DNA from: Squalus acanthias | Taxonomy: Eukaryota | Assembly: GCA_030390025.1 (NCBI GenBank) | Contig: CM059431.1 | Location: 104,348,001 to 104,412,000, forward strand | Length of the DNA stretch: 64,000 bases | Direction of reading: 5' to 3' | Part shown: positions 13,500 to 26,731 of the stretch, one piece after another | How the letters are laid out: the number at the start of each line of letters is the position of its first letter | Position numbering within the stretch: the first letter of the stretch is position 1 | The notes under the pieces: generated by a model | What the model was told of the DNA's origin: nothing | Seen by the model: the letters and a program-made list of their open reading frames with translations, nothing else | Databases searched by the model: none | Made by a program: the position numbers and the translations under genes

Positions 13500-13765
13500 C
13501 TTTCTCTCCCCCTTTATCTTTTGCCAAATATCTTAAATATGTGTCCTCTGGTTACTGACTCTCCTGCCAGTGGAAACAGCTTCTCCTTATTTACTCTATC
13601 AAAACTCTTCATAATTTTGAACACCTCTATTAAATCTCCCCTTAACCTTCTGTGCTCTAAGGAGAAAAATCCCAGCTTCTCCAGTCTCTCCACGTAACTG
13701 AAGTCCCTTATCCCTGGTACCATTCTATTAAATCTCCTCTGCACCCTCTCCAAGACATTGACGCC
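13500..13765 (-). mobile_element. CR1 LINE 3' fragment
   Basis: ERVQRRFNRMVPG...LRGDLIEVFKI. Confidence 0.85.
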
Positions 13766-13819
13766 CTAAGTTGGGCATCCAGAAAACATGGTGCTATGGC
13801 TTACTTCCTGCCGACCATT

Positions 13820-14653
13820 GGGGGTGATTTTATCAATGGGGACATGATGGAGGCGGGAAAGCTGCTTGTCGGGTTTTAGTCCCGCCTCCATCGACATCTG
13901 GCCAATCCACGCTAGTTTCCCTTGATTGGCCTTGTTAAGCCCGCCCTGCGGGCTTAGCCGGCCAATTAAGGGAAAGCCGGTGACAGATGACGTCAGCGTA
14001 TGACGCTTCATCTGTCAAGATTTTTTGACAGATGAATTGTCATCGTTTGACAGCTCTGTGAAGCTGTCAAACACTCACAATCTGTCTTCTAAGTTGAGAC
14101 CTTGGACACAGGCTCATTTAGGAAGCTTTCCTGAGCAGAAAGCAGAAGGCTGCTGCATTTAAGAATGCAACGGCCATTCTGTTTTCTCTGCCGGTGAGAT
14201 GAGGCAGCTCCGCAGCCTAAAGGCACGAAGCCTGGAGGAAGAAGCAAAGGTGAGTAATCTTATTAAAACACTTTAGACTCACCTCACACACTTACCTCTC
14301 CACACTTGCACTCATCACTCACCTGCACACCGGACATTTCAGCCCCTTCGACCCGCTCCAACCCACGGCCCACCTCGCTGACCCTGGTGAGGTTCGGAGC
14401 CGTTGGGAAGCCCACACTTTAGGGCTCAAAATAGGGATTAGCCAAAAAACTACCTGTTAACAGGCAGTTAATTGGCACTAATCCCCTTCCCGCCTCGAGG
14501 AGACGGGACCCGGCGCGGGTCGGGTACGCGCCTCCTGGGAAGATGGCACAGAGGCGGGTTGGGGGTGGGATGGGTACCCGCTCCCAGATTCTGCCATTTT
14601 CCCGCCAGTCCCGCCTCCATACCCGCCTCCCCAGGGCTGGCAAAATCGCCCCC
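13820..14653. mobile_element. Harbinger-type MITE (family C)
   Basis: Ends GGGGGTGATTTT / AAAATCGCCCCC; homologous to 45840-46682, 59426-60300 and 63093-63961. Confidence 0.8.
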
Positions 14654-14689
14654 ATAGAGTCAGTTGGGGTCTTGGTGACAACACAAAGA

Positions 14690-15317
14690 ATTCCAAGTAG
14701 GCTATCTTTGTTCTTTACCCCTGCCCATGGTGATAAAGTCCAATCAGGGCCTTCTGGCTGCCAATCTCCATTGGTCATCAGAAGGTCCTGATCTCCAAGG
14801 TCTGACATGCAGCTCCAAGCCTAAGGGCACTTGCCTGCTCCTACTGCCAACACTTGGCCTTGCCAGGGAAATGTGATCACATTCGTGGCCCTGGCAAATT
14901 GCTTGTCAGTTACTTGATTGATACAATTGTGAAATGACGGTTAGGACGTGCGACAGGAGATCTCCCAGTGCAGTGCTGAGGGAGTGCTGAACTGTTGGAG
15001 GTGCCTGGAAGAAAGCCTGTTGTGTAAAAATTCAAAGCAGCTGTAACGTGGCAGCCATTGACAACCATTCCTGTGCTGGAACTGGTCTCAAAGTATGGCT
15101 GCAGAAGTGTACGGAGATCAGTGAGGGCTTCCTTCAGGAAATTAAGTTGGCACTGACAGATTTCTTCAGGCAGGACCAGTAGAGAAACCCTAGTCCTATA
15201 TACACAAGTGTCAGAATCAGGACGTGTCCAAACAGGGCATCTAAAGTTCAGTCTCACTTGTCTAGTATAATTCCTCTGATCTTCCTCCTCCAGAATCTTC
15301 AAATGAAGATGTATCAC
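14690..15317 (-). pseudogene. Old degenerate Harbinger (HARBI1-like) transposase fossil
   Basis: VYRTRVSLLVLPEEICQCQLNFLKEALTDLRTLLQP...VTAALNFYTTG and, further on, SFHNCINQVTDKQFARATNVITFP align with the intact ORF at 30523-31686. Confidence 0.75.
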
Positions 15318-16006
15318 TGAAAGTTAACATGCAGTTACAGCAAGCAATTAGGAAAGCAAATGGTATGTTGACCTTTATTACAGGAGGATTTGAGTATAAG
15401 AGTAAAGACGTCTTACTGCAATTATACAGGGCCGTGGTGAGATCACACCTGGTGTATTGTGTACAGTTTTGGTCTCGTTACCTAAGGAAGGATATACTTG
15501 CCACAGAGGGAGTGCAACAAAGGTTCATCAGACTGGTTCCTGGGATGAGGGGATTGTCCTATGAGGAGAGATTGAATAGACTAGGCCTATATTCTCTAGA
15601 GTTTAGAAGAATGAGAGGTGATCTCATTGAAATATACAAAATTCTTACAGGGCTTGACAGGGTAGATGCAGGGAGGATGTTTCCCCTGGCTGGGGAGTCT
15701 AGAACCAGGGGTCACAGTCTCAGAATAAGGGGTCGGCCATTTAGGACTGAGATGAGGAGAAATTTCTTCACTCATAGGGTGGTAAATCTTTGGAATTCTC
15801 TACCCCAGAGGGCAGTGGAGGCTCAGTCGTTGAGTATATTCAAGACAGAGATCAATAGATTTTTGAATATTAAGAGAATCAAGCGATATGGAGATAGTTC
15901 AGGAAAGTGGAGTTGAGGTAGAAGATCAGCCATGATCTTATTGAATGGTGGAGCAGGCTCGGAGGGCCAAATGGCCGACTCCTGCTCCTATTTCTTATTT
16001 TCTTAT
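15318..16006 (+). mobile_element. CR1 LINE 3' end
   Basis: ORF 15329-15916 (KANGML...YCVQFWS...RVVNLWNSLP) followed by a CR1 tail. Confidence 0.9.
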
Positions 16007-16067
16007 GTGTGCTTACCAGAATTGTCATAACTGAACACTAATGATCTCTCTAATCTAATTTGGCTCT

Positions 16068-16890
16068 CCAGTGCAGTGCTGAGGGAGTGCTGAACTGTCG
16101 GAGGTGCCATCTTTTGATAAGATGTTAAACCGAGGCCCCGTCTGCCCTCTCAGGTGGACGTAAAAGATCCCACGGCCACTATTCAAAGAAGAGCAGGGGA
16201 GTTCTCCCCGGTGTCCTGGCTAACATTTATCCTTCAATCAACATCACTAAAGCAGATTATCTGGTCGTGGTTGGGTCCAGTAGCACAGTGGTTATGTTAT
16301 TGGACTAGTAATCCAGAGGCTTGGACTAATGAGTCCGAGATCACCACGGCAGTTTGTGAATTTGATTTCATTTAATTAAATAAATCTAGAATAAAAAGGT
16401 AGCATCAGTAATAGTAGCCATGAAGCTATCGGATTGTCGTCAAAACTCAACTGATTCACTAATGTCCTTTAGCAAAGGAAATCTGCTGTCCTTACCCGGT
16501 CTGGCCTATATGTGACTCCAGACCCACAGCAATGGGGTTGACTCAAAACTGCCCTCTGAAATGGAGGGCCAATCAGTTGAATCAAACCACTACTAAAAAA
16601 ATCACCACAAGGACTGCAGCGGTTCAAGAAGGCTGCTCACCACCACCGTCTCAAGGGCAGTTAGGGATGGGCAATAAATGCTGGCCTTCCCAGTGACGCC
16701 CACATCCCGTGAATGAATAAAAAAAAATGATCTCATTGCTGTTTGTGGGAGCTTGCTGTGCGCAAATTGGCTGTAGCGTTTCCTACATTACAACAGTGAC
16801 TACACTTCAAAAAAAGTACTTCATTGGCTGTGAAGCGCTTTGGGACATCCTGAGGTCGTGAAAGGCGCTAGATAAACGCAATTCTCTCTT
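16068..16890 (+). mobile_element. DeuSINE-like (SacSINE1-like) SINE split by another SINE
   Basis: Body and L2-like tail match the copies at 41398-41860 and 50430-50885. Confidence 0.75.
16268..16727 (+). mobile_element. tRNA-headed SINE (possibly MetaSINE-like) with a LINE-derived tail and poly(A)
   Basis: A-box-like TAGCACAGTGG; last about 120 bp match the 3' end of the LINE derivative at 42250-43075. The family name is from memory only. Confidence 0.7.
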
Positions 16891-18958
16891 TTTATCAAGT
16901 ACCGCTGTGCAGTCAATGACAAAAGAGGCAGTACAGCTTTAAATAACTAACTGGGAGGTCGCAGAGGGCCCTTTCCCTGCCTGTATGTTCGTAAATAATA
17001 AAGTAAGTAATTTTGAACAAAATTCATCCAATCTATCATCTGCCAGAGGCTGTTAAAGTAACGCGTTTGTACACACTTCTTGAGAGTTATTTTGGCAGCA
17101 TTTGGTAGCGTTTGTAGACAGCAATGAAAAGTTTGTCAAATGGAAATTTTCATTGTCCAGCATGACCCTTTTTTTACTATCTGACAATATTACGTCAGTC
17201 TGCCTGCAAAATAAGCATTACCCTGTACAGCAACAATTATTGTGTAGTTATTGTGCTGTTAATAGTGTCGTCTATATTGTGGGAATGGACTGTACAGGCA
17301 AAGGGACATTTGAAACAGTGTAAAAGATCGCGGAAACGACCGCGTAAAGGGGTTATGGGCGCAACCCACTTAGGCTTAAAATTCTGCAATCCTTTGCAGT
17401 TTTTCATTTCATCCCGCCCAGATCCCGCTGCTATTTGGCCGGAAATCATGCCAAACTGATTACATTTTTTGAAGTCTCGCTGCTAAGCATTGACTTAGCT
17501 GGAAAGCCGCATGTCAGCGCTGAATATGGCCACTGGAGCAAGAGCTGCTTGGCAGTGGATATTGGAGCTCCGAACAGTTTAACAGCCTGCGAAGTCCAAG
17601 TTACATTCAGCGAAACTCCGGGCATGTAGAGTGCCGAACAGCTGTATGGAATTTAAGTGGACAGAGTACGCCCAGAGACAAGCACGTGCATTGATTTACA
17701 ATGGAACCTGTCAGCACAATCCATTTGAGCACAATGGATTTGTCTGGTATTTTGTATTTCCCCAGGTACTTACCTCTGTCTCACTTTAATCTTATTGTAC
17801 ATTGCAGTTGGACTGCTTCAAACCTCTTTATGTAAACAGTCCGTTCTTTCATTAAACTCAGAAAAATGCATGTCACTGGTCGTCCCTTTGAAGTGAAAAG
17901 AAGGCGTTTTAGTTAAGTGCGTTTCTAACGATCTTTAGCACCTTCGCTTCGTGACAGTCAGGAATTTATTTTCTCTTGTTCCCCTGTGAAGCAAAAGCTA
18001 AACTTTATCAAGAGAACTGGGAACAAATTCCACATTGCGGACCAGTTATATCTCAATTGGCAGTGATAGGAAAGGGCTCCTGAGTACATGAAAAAGTCGT
18101 GATGTTTTCAGCTGCATAGAGTGACACCACTATTCCTGGTCAGAATGGAGAACGGGGTAATTCCCCCGTCAATCACGCCTGGAGACCGCATTGCTGTAAG
18201 TGACTGGGATTGATTTTATGCACATCATTTGTATTCTGTAACTATTCCCCACTCACTGCATTACGCTGGAGAAATAATTTTGCTTTTATCGGGAGATGTT
18301 GCTGTAGTTCCGGTCATGAGTTCTGTTTGCTGTAAGTTCATAGAGACTCTTTTTAAATAGACTCTGTAGACTGCTGTAGTGCACTGTTTAAATAGACTCT
18401 ACTTGCTGTAAAATAGACTCTGTTTGCTGTGAATTTTTCCGAAAGTCCCGGCTCGCCTCCAACTCATTGGCTGACACAATGGTGTCAATAGGCACTCTGG
18501 ATGTTTTCACTCCATTTTCTGAAATCTGCTGTGAGGTACCATTACTTTCTAAGAACAATAACCTTTTAAATTGGCTTATATTTTAAACAAAACTTCAATG
18601 GATTAGGGTTTATTTACAGTTAGGGAAGAGTCATTTTTTTGCACTTAAATGGCATGGACCTATCTCTACACTAGAGCATTCCACTTGCTTTGACAACCAG
18701 CACCATTCAACTTGAAAACAATTCCAATATCAGTTAACCTATATGTGTTTCCTCATCTAACTTATTTAGCAATATGTACTTCATTGTGGAAACATATTGT
18801 TATTTTTGCATTTGCATGCATTGCCAAACATTTGTGATCCAATGCAAAACATACCCTTAGATGCCACCTTTTATTCTTATGCCCAATGGCTAATTCTCAT
18901 TAAAATATCTTTGATTAAAATGCACACTACTTTCATTATTTTAGCTGAGGACATTACT

Positions 18959-20967
18959 GGCCCAGAATTTGTTGTTAAAATAATGGTGAGTTTAATGGCG
19001 CTCGCCGTTATTAGTGCATAAATCGTCCAGCAACTTGTGGTGAGGAAGGGATACCCCCTGTAAGGTTTCCAAAATTTGCAGATCCCCAAAACCTAAGGAA
19101 AAAGGACTTTGGAACTACCCCAGAGTGATAAAAATGCATTTGGGCCTAACATAAAGAATTTAAGACCAAAAAACAAGTTTTGGCATTTAAAAAAAAGACA
19201 TGTCTGGACCTGTAAGGGAGAAAAGGCTGCACAGGAGGTGGGTTCAACCTCTGTAATAGCAGTTTTGGGTATTGCAGTTAAATTGCATTGTCTGGGAATC
19301 GGGATGACCTCACTCAAGCCCCAGCAAGCATTAACATTTGGACAATAGGCCCTGGGAGAAGGCAGCCCCACCCAAAACACAGGCACCATTAAAACCTATC
19401 AAAACCATGCACAATTCAAATCGCTCAGGAACATTCTATAGAAAAACCCGAGTCCAGCCTAGAAACCCAAAACACGAAACCAATCACCTGTAATCAACTG
19501 AAGAGATCGACAGGACGCAAGCCATTTGACACTTAGTAAAGTCGTTACTGTTAACGAGGTCTTACAATGACCAGGATTTGATTTGGTTTTGACAAGGCCA
19601 CTTCAGTTTAGTATAATTGAAGGCTCATCAAGCAGTTACAACAGTTGAAGTTCTCCAGTAAAGAGTTCAAGTTCAACAGAATTGAAAGCCTGTGTTGAAC
19701 AGAAGTCAGGGCTGGAGGTACAGAGTTCAGGACAAGCAGGCAGAAGGCAGTTTCCACAGTTCTGCAAGAAGGCAGTTCCACAGCTCGGAAGAAGACAGTT
19801 TAAACAGAGGCAGAGTTACAGCAAGAAGTTCAACAAAGAAGGCCAACAACTTCACAAGCAGACCGACACGCAAGAAGAAACCAGAGTGACTGCCTCAGTG
19901 ACCATCGGACACCTCGCGGCAACAAGGGCCTTACAAAACCTTTTACTCAAAAGACTCTAAATCCTAACTCTAAACTGTCAAGGATTCATTTGGTGAGCAT
20001 TATTCCTGGTTCTCCAGAGTCCAACCTAGCTAGTGAAGTGGGATTGGGAGGGGTGAAGTATGCTTCTAATGTTATTTCCCTCGCTTGTACCGAAGTGTTC
20101 CCCACCTTTAGAGTGGTAAGAGTGTTTGTGTTGTGTTTTACTTCCTTGAATAAAAGTCAAAGTCCTTTCATCAAACCTGTTGTCTACTGCACCTTTGTTC
20201 ACAACCCCAAAGTAAGTCCAAGGTCTAGAACCAGGGACGTGGGAGCGATTCGAACTGCTCACTGAGTCAGAGGTGAGACTGACCCCACACATCACCCCCT
20301 ATACCCTTGAGTTGCGAATCGCCACAAATTGCTGGACGATTTGCGCCGCTCCACCGTTATCCCCGCGAAAACAGCATCTCGCCTCAACCTCCCCGCGAGT
20401 GTCAAGGAATTGCTGTGTTTGCGCATTAATTGCCAATTAAACTCAGCACAGAAAGTTAAGGCTGGTACTTAACAATATAACGACCCCTTTAATGACAAGT
20501 TTTGTGTTCCTGCATTGCAACTCAACCTCTCCCACCCAGAAAGGGAACAATTGAAACTGTGGAGTCTCATTCCTGCAGGTAGTAAATTGTCCTTAGAGAT
20601 TTTTAAAATGTAAAATGTAATTTATTTTTGAAAAACACTTGCTTTTCCTGTCTCTTTTTTCTCCCTCTCTTAATCCAATCTTTCTTTCCCTCTCTTTATT
20701 TCTCTTTCTGTACCTGATTTGACTCTAATTCATGCTATTTCCTTCTCTGTCGTTCCTCTGTTTCCTTTCTCAGTTCTTAAATCTCATGGGTTCAGGAGAT
20801 AGACTGTTGGTCCCATCGTTCACTGAGGTCCCAGATGTCCCATTGCCCTCGCCGCACCGCTAGCAGCTCGTACTCCCAGCAATTTGTGTCGAAAAAAAAT
20901 TCCGAGCTGAATGGTGAGGGGAAAGTCGAACTAACGGCGCACGCCCCGCTCCAGCAAGGTCCAGCCC
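18959..20967. mobile_element. Family A TIR element split by a solo LTR
   Basis: Starts GGCCCAGAATTTG; both halves together match the reverse complement of 55871-56606. Confidence 0.75.
19059..20303 (+). mobile_element. Solo LTR
   Basis: TGTAAGG...CCCCTATA ends; flanks CCCC/CCCT; AATAAA near 20149; homologous to 24927-26731 and 47651-49285. Confidence 0.8.
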
Positions 20968-21671
20968 ATAAATAAATAAAAACAACAGGATCTTAACTGG
21001 TTCTGGGAGAACTCTGCTGATTACATGTCCTGCCTTTCATAAACTGGTGCTGAACTGTATTTATTGCCTTGTGTTCAATGCTATGGATTTCTTCCTTATA
21101 ATTGATTCCATTATTTTGCAATTATAGGTGGCAGCTATCAGGTCTATAATTCCTTAGATCATGCTTTTGACCTTTTTGTTTCAGAGATTAGAATAATGTT
21201 AGCAATGTTTCACTCTTCTGGTGCTACCTAGTAAGGAGCATAGCATGTTTAACACAGGAGCAATGACGTTTACTCTATTTTCTGAAAGTACGCCCAACAC
21301 ATTTGATCTGGGCTTATTGGGGGGAAAATTCGGTATCAACCATTTTCGGGCGCGAACATCGCCCGGACACAAACTTTAGCGCTCAGCGCTAATTACTGCC
21401 GGTGACCGCGAAATTCAGTTTTCGCGCCCCTCGAGGGAAGTGGAGCTAAATCAAGCGCTACACACTTCTCTTAGGGCGCTAACGTCGGGGAACGAGGTGC
21501 TACCTCAGAGCGCTACTCAAGTTCCGGTGCTGTCAATTACAAGTCCTCAGACAGACTGGCACCTTCCAGTTCTTAAAGGGGAGGTTCAATCATGGTGCAC
21601 AGCCTCACTCTGATCATTGCTGCTTGTGACCTGGGCCTGCAAGGAGCTGCAATCCATGAACCACAAATCTC

Positions 21672-23460
21672 ATGGCTGATCAGAGGCCCAGGGAGAGAGC
21701 TCACCGGTTCAGCGACCAGGCATTGGAGGCTCTGGTTGTGGCTGTAGAACGCCGACAGACAGTGCTCTTCCCGGACACTGGCAGGAGGTCATTGCCGCAG
21801 GAGTTCATAAGGACGAGGAGGGAGGTGGCCCAGTACATCTCAGCCAGAAGCCTGGTCCAAAGGACTCACACCCAGTGCCTCCCCAACACTCACTCACCAA
21901 CTATGCCCATCTACTAAAAGTCACATCCGAATCTCACGCCTTGCATACATTAGCAGCTATTCAACTATGGTAGGCACATCTGCCAAACACATGGCTGCAA
22001 ACTCACTCACACACTGTCCTTTTTCTTGCAGGCCAAGCTTGCTCATAGCAGAAGGGAGCAGCAATGCACGGGAAGAGGTCAGGCGGAGCTGCATCCCTTT
22101 ACACAGCTGGAGGAGTGAGTGCGCAGCATCATCATGGCCCAGGTTGTGGGCGCTGTGGCTGTCGGAGAGGTTGACCCCCTTGGGGACAACAACGGTATGG
22201 TCATCACCTTTCCCTCTTCTCTCATACCACTTCCCCCTCACAACACAAGCCCTTCCCACTTTCCATCTAAGTATACTGTCTCCATCCCTTGCTCCCTTCC
22301 TGCCCCCCTCCCCTGATGTTAAACCCACTCTTGTGCCTTTATGCTTTCAGATAATCAGCCACCATCTGACCAGCCTGTCCCGCAGCCTCCCAGTGGCAGC
22401 GATGCGGGAGAGGAGGAGGAACAGCAAGCCGGAGCCTCATTGCCTGCGTCTCCCGAGGGCGAGACATCCGATAATGGGGCCACGCGGTCGCTGGAGGGGA
22501 GCAGAGGAAATGGCTCTGATGTGGGTGAAGCTCTGGGCCCCAGCGGGTTGCAGCAATGCCACGGGGAAAGGGAAGCTCGGGGGCCATCTCCCCGGAGGGT
22601 GAGTGTGCGCACGAGTTCTGCTGCACAGGACTCGGATGAGGACCTCGAAGTGGAGGCGATGACCACACAGGCGATGAGCATGCACACTGAGCTCATGGGT
22701 GCAATGGCAAGGGTGCCCGAGAGCATGGATGCACTGGCTAGGAGCGTGGAGGAGTCCGCCTCCAGCATTGCTCTCATCTCTGCTCACACCATCGAGCCCA
22801 TTCTTGGCACTTTGCAGAGGATGGTTGACTCGCAGAAAGACCGTGGGGACCCAGACCTCATGCCGCGTGTCATGGGTGAAGTGGCAGCAGCGATTGCAGC
22901 ACAGGCCGAGGCAATGCAGCGGCTTAGTGCTGTAATGGAGTCAGTGGTTGGTGGCATCGAATGTCAGACTGCTCTCATGCAATCTCACGCAAGCACTGAC
23001 TGCTGCCATTGTCGCTGGGTCGCCTATACTCAACCGGGGATCTCACAGTGCCGCAGCAGGCCAGCAATCTGTGCTCAAGCAGATTGCTCCAGATGCTGAT
23101 GTACTGCCCCGGGGGAGTGGCAGTGTGTTGGTTGAGCAGGAAGGTGCTGTCCTCTCTCAGGATGACAGCATTCCTGTTCCCACCACTGCCACTCCACCAT
23201 TGCACTTGTTGCAACCTGTAACACAGCCATCCCAGACTGCTGCCGCCCATGCAGAGGTGGTGCAGTCTGCAGCCGGGCCTTCCAGCCCAGAGTTGGCCGA
23301 GGGCGTCCTGCAAGACCATCTGCAGTCTCTGGCTCCCAGACTCAGCAGCCTTCCACCAGCCTTGCTGCAGCCACTGGGGCCACATTACGGAGGAGCAGTA
23401 GGGTTGGGAGGGGGGAGTTGCAAAGGGGAGGGAGATCATTTAGGAAGGCCCAGTAAATAA
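21672..23460 (+). pseudogene. Harbinger Myb/SANT-like DNA-binding protein gene, 3 exons (21672-about 21880, 22032-22194, 22351-23460)
   Basis: RERAHRFSDQALEALVVAVERRQTVLFP Myb/SANT-like start. Exon-1 end and donor deleted, TGA in exon 2, frameshift near 22985. Confidence 0.82.
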
Positions 23461-23726
23461 AATGTTAATAGCAAATGGGGGGAGTGTGTGTACAAAAGTT
23501 GTAAATATATTGTTCAGTTTGCTAAGAACCAGTTGTGATTGTTCATAAATTGTGTTTGTTTATTATTGGTTGTGTTTGATAAGAGAAAGTTATGAAGAAT
23601 AATAAATGTTTATTTCGACGTCGCAAATTTTGTGATGTTTCTCATCTGAGCTTTGCCCGGTGATAGGGGCTGCGAGCTGGCTGTAATGATGTGGTTGTTC
23701 TGTGCAAATGCCATGTGCTATCCCAT

Positions 23727-24896
23727 TTATTGGAAGCGCTGTGTAATGAGACGTTCACGAACGGCCCTTGCAGAAGCAACACTGAGTGGCTTCCTCCTAT
23801 GTTGGTGCTGCTCCTCCTCCTCTTCATCCTCCTCCTCCTCCTCCTGTCCCTCTTCCTCCTCCTGAGGTGGTGCACCAATCCCTGGTGGCAATGGCTGGGC
23901 CCTCAGAATGGCCATGTTGTGCAGCATGCAGCACACAAGAATGAAAACGGAGACTTGATAAGGGGAGTACTGCAGGGCTCCTCCAGAGCGGTCAAGGCAG
24001 CGGAACCGTTGCTTTAGCATGCTGATAGTCTTTCCGATCAGGTTCCTGGTGGCGGTATGGCTCTCATTGTATGCATGCTGGGCAGGAGTGTTGGGGTTGC
24101 TAAGGGGTGTCATCAGCCAGGTGGCGAGTGGATAACCCTTGTCCCCGAGCAGCCAGCCGCGACCTTCATGTGGTGGATGGAACAGTGCTGGGACACCAGT
24201 CTGTTGCAGGATGAATGCATTATGGCTGCTGACAGGATAGTGGGCATTGATGGCGAGGATGCGCTGTCTGTGGTCGCACGCCAACTGAACGTTCAGAGAG
24301 TGGTAGCCTTTGCGGTTGCGGAACACCTCTGAATTGTGATGAGGTGCCCACAATGCCACGTGGGTGCAGTCAATGGCGCCCTGAACCATAGGGAAGCCCG
24401 CTATCCTTGCAAAGCCACATGAGCGTTCATGCTGTTTGTCTCTGGTCATGGGGAATGAGATGTACTCCCTTCTCCTTCTGTACAGAGCATCTGTGACCTC
24501 TCGGATGCAGCAATGGACAGCGAACTGTGAAATGTTTGCAATATCCCCTGTTGAAGCCTGGAAGTAGCCGCTGGCATAGAAATTGAGAGCGACTGTGTCC
24601 TTCACTGCCACTGAGAGAGACGTCCTTGTCCTGAGCTGAGGCTGGAGGTCTTGCTGCAGGAGATGGCAGAGCTCTGTGACCACATCCTTGCTGAAGCGAA
24701 GCCTTCTGAGGCACTGCTCCTCTGAGAGATGAATGTAGGAGAACTACTCCCTGAATACTCTGGGAGGTTAAAGTCTCCTGCTGGGAGCCGAGTTGGCCCT
24801 CCTCCCTCTGGCCACGTTTTCCAATCTTTCTCTCTGCCTCCGCTGCCTCCGACAGTGAAGCTGGAGGGCGCGGACCCATGCCAGTACAGCCCCCAT
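23727..24896 (-). pseudogene. Harbinger DDE transposase (HARBI1-like), inactivated
   Basis: 390-codon frame from ATG 24896 with two early in-frame stops (TAA at 24770-24768 and a TAG shortly after). GAIDCTH and GDKGY are kept, but the third catalytic E is G (RNLIGKT). Confidence 0.9.
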
Positions 24897-24926
24897 TAAG
24901 TTTTGGAAATGTTTCAGTATCAAAAG

Positions 24927-26731
24927 TGTAGGCTTCGCAAAATCCCCCAGAAACTTGCATAGAACCCTAAAGGGGGTGATGAAGGAATTTGAGGTCAAAG
25001 CCTCAGTTGTGAAGACATTTTGACGGGAATCAAGGAAGGAAAATACAGAACCTGAGGAAAATGACTTTGGATGATAAAGATACCTTTTTAAAAGGGCCAT
25101 TGGGTAAACCTGCAGTCACAGAAGCACAGGCTGCGGGAAGGGGCGTGGTGAGGCAGTGGACAGCTTTTGGCTATTGGGACCAAGTCAAGCTGTCTGGGAG
25201 ATGTTTGCACTGCAATCCAACCAAGGAGGAAGAGCCTCATCCAAAACCTCACAAACACATTCAAAAATGAATAACCCAAAACCCCTTTTGAAATCCCCAG
25301 GTTCAGACAGGATACTGGAAGTCTGAAAACAATAAAACTGCCAGTATACAGTTTCATAGCCCGTCATCCCATCAAAACCCGATTAGCCAAGTATCGACAG
25401 GAACAGTTTAACAAGCCCGCCAAAAACCTAAGACAAAAGAAGCGAGATTTGGCGGGTAGATAGAAGCCCTGTCTCAATGGAAGACATCGGTAGCCATCAG
25501 GACAAGTTAACACTAAGTTAAAGTCATCAGACTTAACGAGCCCGCCAAACACCTAAGACACAGGAACCGAGATTTGGCGCGAAGATAAACAGGCCTCAAC
25601 TGAAACCTAAATCACTTTAACGCAAAATCGATTAGTAAAGCAGTTTTGGCGCGCAAAACACAATAGACCTGACCAGTATAATTGGGGGCCTATTCCCCCA
25701 AGAAGCAAGCAGCGAAGAGGAGCGAAGAAAGAGAGCCACACAGGTTCGACACCAGAGCCAAGCAACAAGGAACCTTCGGAAGGCAGGCAGGCCTACAGCC
25801 CCGGGCAAGAAGACACGAGGAACCCGAGAGACACTGTGGTGTTGTCTGTTCAAGCCGTGCGGTTTGTTACAACACTATACTTAAAGTTAGTTCAAGGCTG
25901 TCCAGAGAGGCAATTTAAAGTTAGTAACAGTACCGAGGCACGCAAGGACAACATGCCACAGTAAGGGGGGGGGTCATCGATGGACCCGACTGGGAAAAGG
26001 GTTCCCAACCACCTCGCAGCAATCAAGGCCCCACGAACCAACCAACACCACGCCACCGACCAACCAGGTGCGAACCAGGCCGCCGCGACCACCGAAAGAC
26101 CAACACCAGGAAAAAACGAAGACACGCAAGTTTCCACACTACAAACTAATCCTGACTTACCCCTGGGTAAGATTTTCCCTTAAAAGAACTCTAAACCCTA
26201 CCTCTAACGAAGAAAAATTGGGTACTCACCTGATACAATCCAATACGCACCTTACCGCATCAGCGGACAGACCCAAACTGACCTGGAGTGCAGCTGAAGT
26301 CTTCTACCACGTCCAGGGTACGGCAGGCCCCAACAACCAAAAACCCCAGTGAACCCCGAAATTGCGAAATACCTCAACTGTCAAGAACTGTCAAGGAGTG
26401 GTGAGCATTCTCCCTGGTCCTCTGGAATCAAACCTAGCTAGGCAGTGGGATTGGGAGGGATAAGGGGTTTTGTATACTGTAATTCTCCCTCGCCTGTACC
26501 GTGTGTTCCCCAACCTGTGTTTAAGTATTAAGTATGTTTTAAGATCGTTTGTGTTGTATTTACCTTTTCTTGACTAAAAGTTAAAGTTCTTTCATCAAAA
26601 CCTGTTGTTTGCTGCACCTTTTGTTCACGACCCCCAAATAAGTCCAAGGTCTAGAACCAGGGGCGTGGGAGCGATTCGAACCACTCGCTGAAGTCAGAGG
26701 TGAAGCTGACCTTACCACATCACCCCCTACA
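24927..26731 (+). mobile_element. Solo LTR inserted 30 bp upstream of the transposase ATG
   Basis: TGTAGG...CCCCTACA ends; perfect 4-bp TSD AAAG. Confidence 0.87.

Noticed and set aside
19059..26731. Full-length LTR retroelement bounded by the LTRs at 19059 and 24927
   Set aside because: Each LTR has its own flanking duplication, they differ at the 5' end, and no gag/pol lies between them.
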